Shown in pieces: positions 1 to 6,775 of a DNA stretch of 12,557 bases. How positions within the stretch are numbered: position 1 is the first letter of the stretch; each line of letters starts with the position of its first letter. The notes beneath the pieces are model-generated. The model searched no databases, was not told the DNA's origin, and saw only the letters and a program-made list of their open reading frames with translations. The translations under genes and the position numbers were made by a program. The DNA is from an uncultured bacterium (GTDB taxonomy: Bacteria; Cyanobacteriota; Cyanobacteriia; Thermosynechococcales; Thermosynechococcaceae): contig CAZXWR010000091.1 of the NCBI GenBank assembly GCA_964644325.1, positions 1 to 12,557 of the forward strand. Reading direction: 5' to 3'.

Positions 1-401
1 AGGCCCAACAACACGGCAAAATTTTGCTTCCAGGCGGGCAATGGGGGTTTGAGAGCGGGCGATCGCCTCACGGTCGTGAACCATCGTTCCAGTCCGGTGC
101 CAATGCGATACCGATAGGATCCAAAGCTGCTTTTCCCTTCACGAATCAAGCCATGACGAATATCGGAATCTAGCCAGTTCGAAAGGTGGGCCGGGGTATC
201 AAAATGCACGGCAATGTGCCACTTATCTTGAATTCCGGTGATGGCCGGAAAAATGTCGGTTCTGAGATAGCCCGGAAAGTTCTGAACCCCAGCTCTGATC
301 TCCTGCTGCCACTCGCGAAACTGCGTCTCGCGATCGCGCGAAACGCCATCATACTCAATGACAATGCTGGCAGTTGTGGTTGCGCAAGGGTCGGCGGTCA
401 T
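1..401 (-). CDS. Hypothetical protein with an N-terminal ABM/Dabb-like (antibiotic-biosynthesis-monooxygenase-type) domain. 5' portion only; the gene continues past the window start.
   Basis: Hand translation of the minus strand from ATG at 401-399 gives an open frame of 133 codons to position 1, with no stop: MTADPCATTTASIVIEYDGVSRDRETQFREWQQEIRAGVQNFPGYLRTDIFPAITGIQDKWHIAVHFDTPAHLSNWLDSDIRHGLIREGKSSFGSYRYRIGTGLERWFTTVRRSPALKPPLPAWKQNFAVLLG. The VIxEYxV...F..W...I.....PGYL........W..V..F......WL.S..H pattern resembles ABM-fold proteins. The ORF track misses it because it is truncated. The track ORFs at 170..364 (-) and 186..425 (+) are in other frames. Confidence 0.5.
   Translation of the reverse strand, partial: MTADPCATTTASIVIEYDGVSRDRETQFREWQQEIRAGVQNFPGYLRTDIFPAITGIQDKWHIAVHFDTPAHLSNWLDSDIRHGLIREGKSSFGSYRYRIGTGLERWFTTVRRSPALKPPLPAWKQNFAVLLG
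59..66. repeat. HIP1 octamer GCGATCGC; first of 17 exact copies in the window.
   Basis: Exact copies begin at 59, 330, 1218, 1660, 2395, 4682, 6287, 6412, 7087, 7753, 7885, 8169, 9111, 9715, 9964, 11143 and 12041. The chance expectation for a palindromic 8-mer in 12.6 kb is about 0.2, so this is roughly 90-fold enrichment, the cyanobacterial HIP1 signature. Confidence 0.9.
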
Positions 402-570
402 TTCGGGTACAAGGGTGTATTGTAATCGCCATGGCAAATAGGCCGAAGTCAAACGCTATTTGTCCCTACACCATTGCATAAAATATCCTAAAACTTTTGT
501 CTGCCGCTACAGTTGCCCGAGACAAATAGATATAGGGGATACTGGGAAACTCAGTTCAATGAATGATCGG

Positions 571-576
571 TATAAT
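571..576 (+). promoter_or_regulatory. Candidate sigma70-type -10 hexamer (TATAAT) for the hicB-hicA operon.
   Basis: A perfect TATAAT lies 29 nt upstream of the likely hicB ATG at 605. No good -35 is present; AACTCA at 548-553 is weak. Imperfect inverted repeats (GCAAATAG/CTATTTGT, TTTGTCTG/GAGACAAA) upstream at 440-535 could be an autoregulatory operator. Confidence 0.3.
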
Positions 577-604
577 TTTGGACAAGTTATATGGATCGGG
601 ATCG

Positions 605-814
605 ATGCATGAAATTATTTTCCTTGTGGAAGCAGATGATATTGACGGTGGATATACTGCCAAAGCCATTGGGGAATCAATTTTTACCCAAGGTGATTCA
701 TTGGAGGAACTCAAAGAAATGATTCGTGACGCAGTCCGGTGCCACTTTGACGAAAGCAATCGCCCCGATCTGATCCGAATGCATATTACTCGTGATGAAG
801 TTTTTGCTGCATGA
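605..814 (+). CDS. hicB: HicB-family antitoxin (UPF0150 / HicB-like RNase-H-fold domain only, no DNA-binding extension).
   Basis: The 69-aa product MHEIIFLVEADDIDGGYTAKAIGESIFTQGDSLEELKEMIRDAVRCHFDE... fits the HicB N-domain signature of a hydrophobic strand, DGGY, and (P)G..TQGDT.EEA. Its stop TGA (812-814) overlaps the hicA ATG (811-813) in ATGA. The track ORF starts at ATG 563, but that codon sits across the TATAAT box and adds 14 residues not seen in the family, so 605 is preferred. Confidence 0.8.
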   Translation: MHEIIFLVEADDIDGGYTAKAIGESIFTQGDSLEELKEMIRDAVRCHFDESNRPDLIRMHITRDEVFAA

Positions 815-1193
815 AACTACCGCGAGACTTGACTGGCCCAGATCTCACCAGCAGTCTAAAGAAATTGGGTTACACCGTTGAGCGACAAACGGGAAGTCAT
901 ATCCGTTTAACAACCCAGCAAAATGGGGAACATCACATTACTATCCCGAACCATAGTCCTACAAAGTAGGTAACTGTCCCTGGCATCTGACGAAGATTGG
1001 TTGTTTCAGCCATTTCAGGTCTAAAGACCGCTCAAAGTAGAAGCTGAAACCCTATTAAACTCGTTGAACACTAAGCTCAATATGAGTTCCAGGGACGGTT
1101 ACCAAAGTAGGAACCTTAAATGCCATTTTGAAGGATATTTCGGCACATTTTGGGTACAGCCGAGATCAGTTACTCAACATTCTTTTTGAATGA
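811..1193 (+). pseudogene. hicA: HicA-family toxin (YcfA-like mRNA interferase) gene, interrupted by a roughly 130-bp insertion and now in two frames.
   Basis: The N-terminal fragment 811..969 encodes MKLPRDLTGPDLTSSLKKLGYTVERQTGSHIRLTTQQNGEHHITIPNHSPTK* with the HicA G-S-H motif. The C-terminal fragment lies in another frame at 1104..1193 and encodes KVGTLNAILKDISAHFGYSRDQLLNILFE*, the canonical HicA tail. Both halves share the junction TK. The 4-bp ATGA overlap with hicB is typical of toxin-antitoxin pairs. Confidence 0.75.
971..1102. mobile_element. MITE-like non-autonomous insertion of about 130 bp, with terminal inverted repeats and a target-site duplication, inside hicA.
   Basis: The termini GGTAACTGTCCCTGG (969-983) and CCAGGGACGGTTACC (1089-1103) are inverted repeats matching 14 of 15. 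CAAAGTAGG occurs directly outside both ends (962-970 and 1103-1111). The interior has no ORF and is more AT-rich than its surroundings. Exact boundaries are ambiguous by about 2 bp, and the duplication could be 6 to 9 bp. Confidence 0.5.
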
Positions 1194-1782
1194 TTTCGAT
1201 CGTGACGAAAGTCAATCGCGATCGCCAGCACTTTCCTCGACCGTCTCGAATTTGGGCGAGTTGCGGATTTTCAGGGGTAAACTCTTGCCACTGACTGTTG
1301 CCAACGGCATGCTTCCTGAAGCAGAGCATGTCACATTTTTAAGCGATTTGCTTCAAGCTATCTGCTGCTCCTTGCTGAGCACCGAGCTGTGGGGGGCTGG
1401 GGTGTTCATCTCCTCAATAGGATGGTTCTTGGAGCATTGTTGGGACATTCCCAAAGCAAACCGATACCAGTTCTAACACCGTTATTTGTCAGGTCAGCGC
1501 GGTTCCTTCATGGATCATGACTGTTCGGTAAGCCGACGGGTTTGTGACGAATGTTTGCGGAACCCCTGTTACATCCACCCGAGCCATTGACACTGCTCCC
1601 CCCAGCCCAGTGCTGAATTTAACGGCGGATTGAACCCCATTTGCCTGCCCAAAACCAGGGCGATCGCCTAAGGAAATGCCCTAACACTCTCCGGTTTCAC
1701 CCTTTGCGATTTAGCGGGGAATCGACTATTCTCGGTGAAAATGCCCCTTGCTTAGGGTGTGGGTCAACACCTTGAGTGAGTT

Positions 1783-3756
1783 GTGCTATCACTGTGTTCT
1801 GGCTGTCAAAACAGCGACAGATTAACCTCAATCAGCCTCGGTGAACATTCACGCACTTCTATTGATCATTTATCGAAGGAAGCAGATTCTGTGGCAAACG
1901 ATGCCCATCTCAAACAGTTAAGGCTTGGCGTTTCCCATTGGAATACCTGGCGCAAGCAGCATTTCACTGAACCGCCAGACTTAAGTGGTGCTGACCTCAG
2001 CGGCCTACGCCTGGAGGGTGTAAACCTGATTGGGGCCAACCTCAGTAAAACCAACTTGAGCTGCGCCCAATTGACCGGGGCATTTTTAAGCTGTGCCAAC
2101 CTGAGTCAGGCTTATCTAAGTGAAGCGAACCTGAGTGGCGCCAATTTAAGCAAGGCTAACCTGAGTAAAGCTGATTTAAGCTTTGCGAACCTGACCAAAG
2201 CCACACTGATTGAAGCCGACCTGAATCGCGCCACGCTGATTGAAGCAACCCTCGAATCGGCCAATTTAAGCTTCGCTGACCTAAATCGCGCCAACCTCAG
2301 TAAAGCGAACCTCCAAGATGGCAACTTGACCAAAACAATCTTGATTGAAGCCACCCTCAACCAGGCAAATCTCCGCAGCTGCAACCTTAACCAGGCGATC
2401 GCCAGTGAAGCCAGCCTTCGCGAAGCTACTCTGATCGGTGCCCGCCTCAATAAAGCCGACTTTAGCTTTGCCAACCTCATTGAAGCGAACTGTCGGCGGG
2501 CGAATCTGAGCCGCATTATTTTGATTGAAGCGAACCTGCGGGGTGCGAACCTGCGAGAAGCAATCCTCCGCAAAGGAAACCTGGGACGGGCTAATTTAGG
2601 TAACGCCGACTTCGAAGGGGCGGATGGCACCGAAGCCAACTTTTCTGGCGCTGACCTGATTAAAGCGAATCTCAACCGCACAATGCTCGTCGGAGCGAAA
2701 GGTAACGAAGCCCTGCTCAGTGGCGCTACTCTCCAAAAAGCAGTGTTGACGGGTGCCAGCCTAGTCGAGGCAGATTTGCGAGGTGCCGATCTCACGAAAA
2801 CAGATTTTCGTCAGGCTAACCTAAATCAAGCAGAGTTAACCCAGGCTAAGGTTGCGGCGACTAATTTTATCGGTGCAGAATTGACGGGCATTTGTCTAGA
2901 AGATGCCCAGTTGAGCAGCACCACCAAGCTCGAAGGCGTAACCTGCGGCTTTATTTACCTGAAACGCAATAATCAGGATCGCCGCCCTAGTCAAGGCCAG
3001 TTTTTGCCGGGTGAATTTGCCCAACTGTTCCACAGCGCCTTAGAAACGATTAATTTGACGCTCCACAGCGGCGTTAACTGGACGGCCTTTGCCGCCACAG
3101 TCAATCAGCTCAATCAGCACTACCAGAACGCACAGCTTGGTATTCAGAGCATTGAGAATAAAGGAGATGGTGTGCTGATGTTGAAGTTGAGCACAGCCCC
3201 CGGCATGGATACCGTCGCCATTCAACGCGACTTCATGCAGCGTTACGAAGAAACCCTTCAGGCTCTGAATGCTCGCCGCCGCCTCAGTACCAAAGAAACG
3301 CTACTGGCCCATCACGAAACGGAAGAGATGCACCCTCGGGATTCCATTTCGCGATTATTTGAACTGCTGAGTCCCCAATCCCACACGGAGCAAAACAATA
3401 CTCCTTCCCAGACCCGCATGGCGCAGCTATTGCAGCCTGCTTCACTGACCACCACGGATGTCGCTACCATTATTCGTGCCGTCATGGACGACCTCGCTCA
3501 ACGCTATCCAGATGCGACGCTGATCCAGCGGCAGGTCGTCACTGGACTAGAATTTCAGCAGCTTGCCAAACGTGAGCCGAAGCTACAGGCTAAATTGTTG
3601 GATGCAACGCAGTCAGGCAGCCTACTGATCAATCAGGTTCTCCAGGACAATGCTTTCGTGAGCGTTTCTTTTGATGAGCTGAAAGAATGGTTGCAGCAGC
3701 TCAATGAAGCAACACCCCCGTCTCTGACGGTGAGCGCTGTATCTACGTCTCCGTGA
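1783..3756 (+). CDS. Pentapeptide-repeat protein with about 64 tandem A(N/D)LSx units and a roughly 270-aa non-repeat C-terminal domain of unknown function.
   Basis: The 657-aa ORF starts with GTG at 1783. Residues 65-385 are near-perfect pentapeptide repeats (ANLSKANLSKADLSFANLTKATLIEADL...). The pre-repeat segment GVSHWNTWRKQHFTEPPDLSGADLSG is the usual cyanobacterial PRP N-terminus. The first 36 residues are low-complexity, so the true start may be GTG 1891, which is in frame and has AAGGAAG 11-16 nt upstream. Confidence 0.9.
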   Translation: MLSLCSGCQNSDRLTSISLGEHSRTSIDHLSKEADSVANDAHLKQLRLGVSHWNTWRKQHFTEPPDLSGADLSGLRLEGVNLIGANLSKTNLSCAQLTGAFLSCANLSQAYLSEANLSGANLSKANLSKADLSFANLTKATLIEADLNRATLIEATLESANLSFADLNRANLSKANLQDGNLTKTILIEATLNQANLRSCNLNQAIASEASLREATLIGARLNKADFSFANLIEANCRRANLSRIILIEANLRGANLREAILRKGNLGRANLGNADFEGADGTEANFSGADLIKANLNRTMLVGAKGNEALLSGATLQKAVLTGASLVEADLRGADLTKTDFRQANLNQAELTQAKVAATNFIGAELTGICLEDAQLSSTTKLEGVTCGFIYLKRNNQDRRPSQGQFLPGEFAQLFHSALETINLTLHSGVNWTAFAATVNQLNQHYQNAQLGIQSIENKGDGVLMLKLSTAPGMDTVAIQRDFMQRYEETLQALNARRRLSTKETLLAHHETEEMHPRDSISRLFELLSPQSHTEQNNTPSQTRMAQLLQPASLTTTDVATIIRAVMDDLAQRYPDATLIQRQVVTGLEFQQLAKREPKLQAKLLDATQSGSLLINQVLQDNAFVSVSFDELKEWLQQLNEATPPSLTVSAVSTSP

Positions 3757-3827
3757 AATGCCCTAATCGTCGCCTGTAGAAGTTGACGGTCAGGGCATTC
3801 AGGATGGTGGGGTTCTGGGCTTAAACC

Positions 3828-4835
3828 CTATGGAACCGCCGCATAACTGTGAATGTTATCCTCCCACTTCCGTGGGGCACTGGCCCGCCGGATATTGCGC
3901 CAGATCTGCGTAGCCGCTAAAGTCCCGTCGGCAACGGCGATGGACACTTGATTTAGCCCTTGCTTCAGGTCGCCCAAGGCAAAAATGCGCTCATGGGTCG
4001 TTTGAGCCATCGTGTTGGTGACTAAGTTTTCACCGTCCCAGGTGAGTCCTGCAATATTTTTGAGATAGCGGTTGTGGTAGATCGAACCCATACTAACCAG
4101 ACCCGTTGTGGCATCAACCACGGTGCCATCAGCCAATTCAACCCCACTCAGCTGATGCTTCTCGCCCAGAAAGCGGGTAATGGGTGCTTCGTACAGCGGG
4201 TAGCCATGCTCGGCTAGCTTCTGCTTCATCTGATCGCTCACGGGAAACAGGCCGTGGGTGAGCACGGAAATATAGGGCGTAAACCAGTTCAGCACAAAAG
4301 CCGCATTGATCTGTCCCTCTGACCCTGCAATTAAGACCGCTTTTTGATCCCACATGTCGTATCCGTCACAAATCATGCAGACATGGAGCGTGTACCCTGC
4401 GTAGTCGTAGACGTTCTGCATGTTGGCGAGCTGGGGCAAAACATCAATGACCCCAGAAGCCGCGACCAAATACTTGCTGCGAAAGGTGGGATGGATACTG
4501 TCCTGCTTTCCAACTTTGACATGTACGGCAAAGGTATCGCCTTCGTCCACCACGTCTTCGACATAGCCCCGCAGATAATCTGCACCCCACTCAACCACCT
4601 GCTTGGTACCGTGGGTCAGAAGGTCTCGACCCGGTGTGTCCGGGTCAAACCCGACATAGTTCCGCAGGTCCTGCATCCAGAGCGATCGCCCCCGACCCTT
4701 CTCAATGACCAGGCATTTCAGGCCATAGCGGGCCAAGTAAATGGCTGCCGATAGACCGCCCATACCCCCACCAACGACAATGGCGTCATAGAGCGTATCC
4801 AGACGCGAATCTAAATTCTTACTTGTTAGTTTCAT
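3828..4835 (-). CDS. Thioredoxin-reductase-like FAD flavoprotein that retains the CxxC redox disulfide but has a degenerate NADPH-binding motif. It is FFTR/DTR-like and probably pyridine-nucleotide independent.
   Basis: The 335-aa product has the FAD motif DAIVVGGGMGGLSAAIYLA and the redox motif CMICDG, which aligns with E. coli TrxB CATCDG. Where TrxB has VAVIGGGNTAVEEA and HRRDxxRA, this protein has AVLIAGSEGQINAA and THGLFPVS, so both Gly-rich and Arg NADPH contacts are missing. ATG at 4835. Confidence 0.8.
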   Translation of the reverse strand: MKLTSKNLDSRLDTLYDAIVVGGGMGGLSAAIYLARYGLKCLVIEKGRGRSLWMQDLRNYVGFDPDTPGRDLLTHGTKQVVEWGADYLRGYVEDVVDEGDTFAVHVKVGKQDSIHPTFRSKYLVAASGVIDVLPQLANMQNVYDYAGYTLHVCMICDGYDMWDQKAVLIAGSEGQINAAFVLNWFTPYISVLTHGLFPVSDQMKQKLAEHGYPLYEAPITRFLGEKHQLSGVELADGTVVDATTGLVSMGSIYHNRYLKNIAGLTWDGENLVTNTMAQTTHERIFALGDLKQGLNQVSIAVADGTLAATQIWRNIRRASAPRKWEDNIHSYAAVP

Positions 4836-4951
4836 GGCGAGCCTACTCTAGCAACGGCTGCGAAATATAACCTGGGCATGAGTCCAGATAAGGGACTGGA
4901 TAGGTCTGGACAGACGCAGGTTTCAGACTGAACTGAATCAACTGAGCTGAA

Positions 4952-4995
4952 TGCTGAAGGGAAACACAGAAGGCAGAGTCCTTTACCCTCTGTGT
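4952..4995 (-). terminator. Possible weak intrinsic terminator for prx, consisting of a hairpin plus a U/C-rich tract on the minus strand.
   Basis: ACACAGAAGG (4964-4973) pairs with CCTCTGTGT (4987-4995) across a 13-nt loop. On the minus strand it is followed by GUUUCCCUUC. It lies 45 nt downstream of the prx stop. A second small hairpin, TCTCTG-TTT-CAGAGA, sits at 5005-5019. Confidence 0.25.
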
Positions 4996-5039
4996 TTTAG
5001 CGATGTCTCTGTTTCAGAGATGTGTCTTGGGCAGGTGTC

Positions 5040-5612
5040 TTAGCCAACAAACGCTAGACGAGGTTCAGAAACCCCTGCCGACTCAGCCCCCTTGAGGTAG
5101 GCCAGCATTGTATCAGCATCGGAGACTTCAAACGGATCGGTGGGGCAGTTGTCGCCAAAATCAGGCTCTACAAAGATCTTCTCGATGTGGCCGTCATTTA
5201 CCAACATCGAATAGCGCCAGGATCTCATGCCAAAGCCCAGATTGGACTTATCGACGAGCATCCCCATCTTGCGGGTGAACTCACCGTTGCCGTCGGGCAG
5301 CAAAGATACGTTCTTGGCACCCACTTGCTTGCCCCACTGGAACATGACAAAGGCATCATTCACAGATAGGCAAATAATCTCATCGACCCCTTGGGCCTTG
5401 AACTCGTCGTAGAGCTCTTCGTAACGGGGCAGGTGGTTGGATGAGCAGGTCGGTGTGAAGGCTCCTGGCAGAGAGAATACAACCACCTTCTTACCCCCAA
5501 AGATTTCCTGGGTAGTCTTATCTTGCCAACGATAGGGGTTTGGCCCTGGCACGGATTCGTCCCGCACACGAGTCTTAAATATAACCTCTGGAACACGTTC
5601 GATAGCAGCCAT
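5040..5612 (-). CDS. Type II peroxiredoxin (Prx5-like atypical 2-Cys, AhpC/TSA family).
   Basis: The 190-aa product contains the peroxidatic-Cys motif [19 protein letters not shown] and is collinear with cyanobacterial PrxII. An SD-like GAGAGG lies 6 nt upstream of ATG 5612 on the minus strand. Confidence 0.9.
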   Translation of the reverse strand: MAAIERVPEVIFKTRVRDESVPGPNPYRWQDKTTQEIFGGKKVVVFSLPGAFTPTCSSNHLPRYEELYDEFKAQGVDEIICLSVNDAFVMFQWGKQVGAKNVSLLPDGNGEFTRKMGMLVDKSNLGFGMRSWRYSMLVNDGHIEKIFVEPDFGDNCPTDPFEVSDADTMLAYLKGAESAGVSEPRLAFVG

Positions 5613-5687
5613 ACTGAACCTCTCTTGTGTCGTTGTGCAAATTACTCAGACGGCATTGATACTGATCAAGTGCTGCCGTCTCAGGTC

Positions 5688-5729
5688 AGAATAATTCTAA
5701 CATAAGAATTATTCAATAAGAATAATTGC
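5688..5729. promoter_or_regulatory. Three phased AT-rich inverted-repeat boxes, AGAAT(A/T)ATTC, in the prx/perR divergent promoter. Candidate PerR/Fur operator.
   Basis: AGAATAATTCT (5688-5698), AGAATTATTCA (5705-5715) and AGAATAATTG (5719-5728) are each a 5-1-5 inverted repeat with 14-17 bp phasing. They overlap a plausible prx promoter on the minus strand (TTGAAT-17-TATTCT). A further AAGAAT half-site lies at 5790-5795, near the candidate perR promoter TTATCG-17-TAAAAT (5779-5807). Confidence 0.4.
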
Positions 5730-5876
5730 TTGTTTATGAACTTGTTTACTAAGTCTATGTCATTCTCTGGTCAGAGTGTTATCGTGAATAAAGAATCTGA
5801 GTAAAATACTCACGAATCTGAAGACTTGGGCTGGGGTAGGTTTGTCAGTCTGGGTCAAAGTTGTGAGGACGCATCC

Positions 5877-6305
5877 ATGCAGCAGCAAGCCGATACGATT
5901 GTTCAAGTTTTGAGGGCCAAGCACTTGCGGGTAACGCCCCAGCGTTTCGCGGTGTATGCCAATTTGCTCAGCCGGACGGATCACCCCACTGCGGAGCAAA
6001 TTCTGGTTGATTTAAATCAGCATGCCCCCACTTCATCCCAGGCCACCGTGTACAGTTCTCTGCAAGCGTTGCGGGATGTGGGATTGGTGCGCGAGGTGCT
6101 TTTAGAGGAAGGGGTCTGTCGCTACGATGCCAATGTGGAGGCGCACCACCATTTTCGCTGTAAGTCCTGTGGTGCGATTGAAGATATTGCTTGGCAGCAG
6201 TTTCAGGGCATGAGTTTCCAGCAGCTGCGTCCTGGCCTCACCGTGGATGAGTATGAGGTGACGGTGCATGGGTTGTGCGATCGCTGCTCGGGGACGGCAA
6301 GTTAA
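5877..6305 (+). CDS. perR: Fur-family metalloregulator, PerR-like by context.
   Basis: The product has a Fur-fold DNA-binding N-domain, an HHHF metal site and two CxxC pairs (CKSCG, CDRC). It is divergent from a peroxiredoxin, the same arrangement as the Synechocystis perR/prxII locus. The track ORF starts at TTG 5826, but ATG 5877 (MQQQADTIVQ...) has GAGGA 7 nt upstream and gives a 142-aa Fur-sized protein. Confidence 0.8.
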   Translation: MQQQADTIVQVLRAKHLRVTPQRFAVYANLLSRTDHPTAEQILVDLNQHAPTSSQATVYSSLQALRDVGLVREVLLEEGVCRYDANVEAHHHFRCKSCGAIEDIAWQQFQGMSFQQLRPGLTVDEYEVTVHGLCDRCSGTAS

Positions 6306-6560
6306 GGCGGTTTTTCGGCGAAAGAAGGACGATCGCGTTCTGCTTCAGTTTTATTGGAATGTAGTCGCTGTCTTGATGCTTGCCTCTGTAGATTTTTGCT
6401 GAGGGGGTTTGGCGATCGCCCTTTGTCTGTGCTAAGGTCGGTGGCTGGAAAGACTGCGTGTTGGGACGCAGCGGTTCAGGTTCTGTATGCCTGACTGGCG
6501 CACTTTGGCTGAGAATTGCCAGGGTGTGTACCGCCGAACGCACCAGGTTAATCCACCTTT

Positions 6561-6634
6561 TCTTGATTAGCTCGGGGGAAGAGCGCCGGGACATTTCTCG
6601 GGGGACGCTGGTTCGAATCCAGCATCAAGAGCCA
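6561..6634 (+). tRNA. Non-canonical tRNA-like gene with perfect acceptor, D and T arms and an encoded CCA, but a mismatched anticodon stem and no assignable anticodon. Probably a pseudo-tRNA.
   Basis: Acceptor TCTTGAT/ATCAAGA is 7 of 7. D-arm is GCTC-GGGGGAA-GAGC. T-arm is GCTGG-TTCGAAT-CCAGC. The discriminator is G, followed by CCA (6632-6634). The anticodon arm CCGGG-ACATTTC-TCGGG has a central G-G mismatch, C at position 33 and G at position 14. The acceptor stem is AT-rich. Confidence 0.5.
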
Positions 6635-6655
6635 CGGGTTGATCATCCATCAGCT

Positions 6656-6728
6656 CAAAAGTTAGCTCAATGGGTAGAGCATCAGACTCATACTCTGACT
6701 GTAATAGGTTCGAATCCTATACTTTTAC
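6656..6728 (+). tRNA. tRNA with anticodon CAU (Met or Ile2 type). Atypical: C1-A72 mismatch and a 5-AT/2-GC acceptor stem, no encoded CCA.
   Basis: Acceptor CAAAAGT/ACTTTTA, D-arm GCTC-AATGGGTA-GAGC. The anticodon arm is TCAGA-CTCATAC-TCTGA with CAT at 6689-6691, U33 and A37. Variable loop CTGTA, T-arm ATAGG-TTCGAAT-CCTAT, discriminator C. It lacks the three G-C pairs in the anticodon stem and the Pu11:Py24 pair of bacterial initiators, despite having C1-A72. Confidence 0.7.
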
Positions 6729-6751
6729 CACCCCGCCCCGGGTAGGGGCAC

Positions 6752-6775
6752 CTCGTTAGGGACGAGTTTCACTTG
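6752..6775 (+). terminator. Possible terminator after the tRNA pair.
   Basis: A CTCGT-TAGGG-ACGAG hairpin (6752-6766) is followed by TTTCACTTGTTTC. It is preceded by a GCCCC-GGGTA-GGGGC hairpin (6735-6749). Confidence 0.25.

Noticed and set aside
563-604. ATG at 563 as the hicB start, giving an 83-aa ORF.
   Set aside because: It lies across the TATAAT box and adds residues absent from HicB-family N-termini; ATG 605 is preferred.
1150-1476. 108-aa TTG-initiated ORF downstream of hicA, overlapping the hicA 3' fragment.
   Set aside because: The start overlaps the real hicA C-terminal frame. There is no recognisable homology or motifs, and a shorter ATG-1309 version is only 55 aa. Cannot be excluded as a small orphan gene, but it is unsupported.
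2112-2795. 227-aa minus-strand ORF (LRFA/LKLA-rich) antisense to the pentapeptide-repeat gene; also 1866..2099 (-).
   Set aside because: Periodic artefact of the 15-nt coding repeat on the opposite strand. Low-complexity product, no independent signals.
3758-3799. Inverted repeat AATGCCCT ... AGGGCATT between the convergent pentapeptide and TrxR-like genes, considered as a bidirectional terminator.
   Set aside because: The 8-bp stem has a 26-nt loop and no flanking U-runs, so it is thermodynamically unconvincing.
4344-4754. 136-aa plus-strand ORF, and 4138..4353 / 4373..4594 (-), inside the TrxR-like gene.
   Set aside because: Embedded or antisense frames within a well-supported homology-backed CDS.
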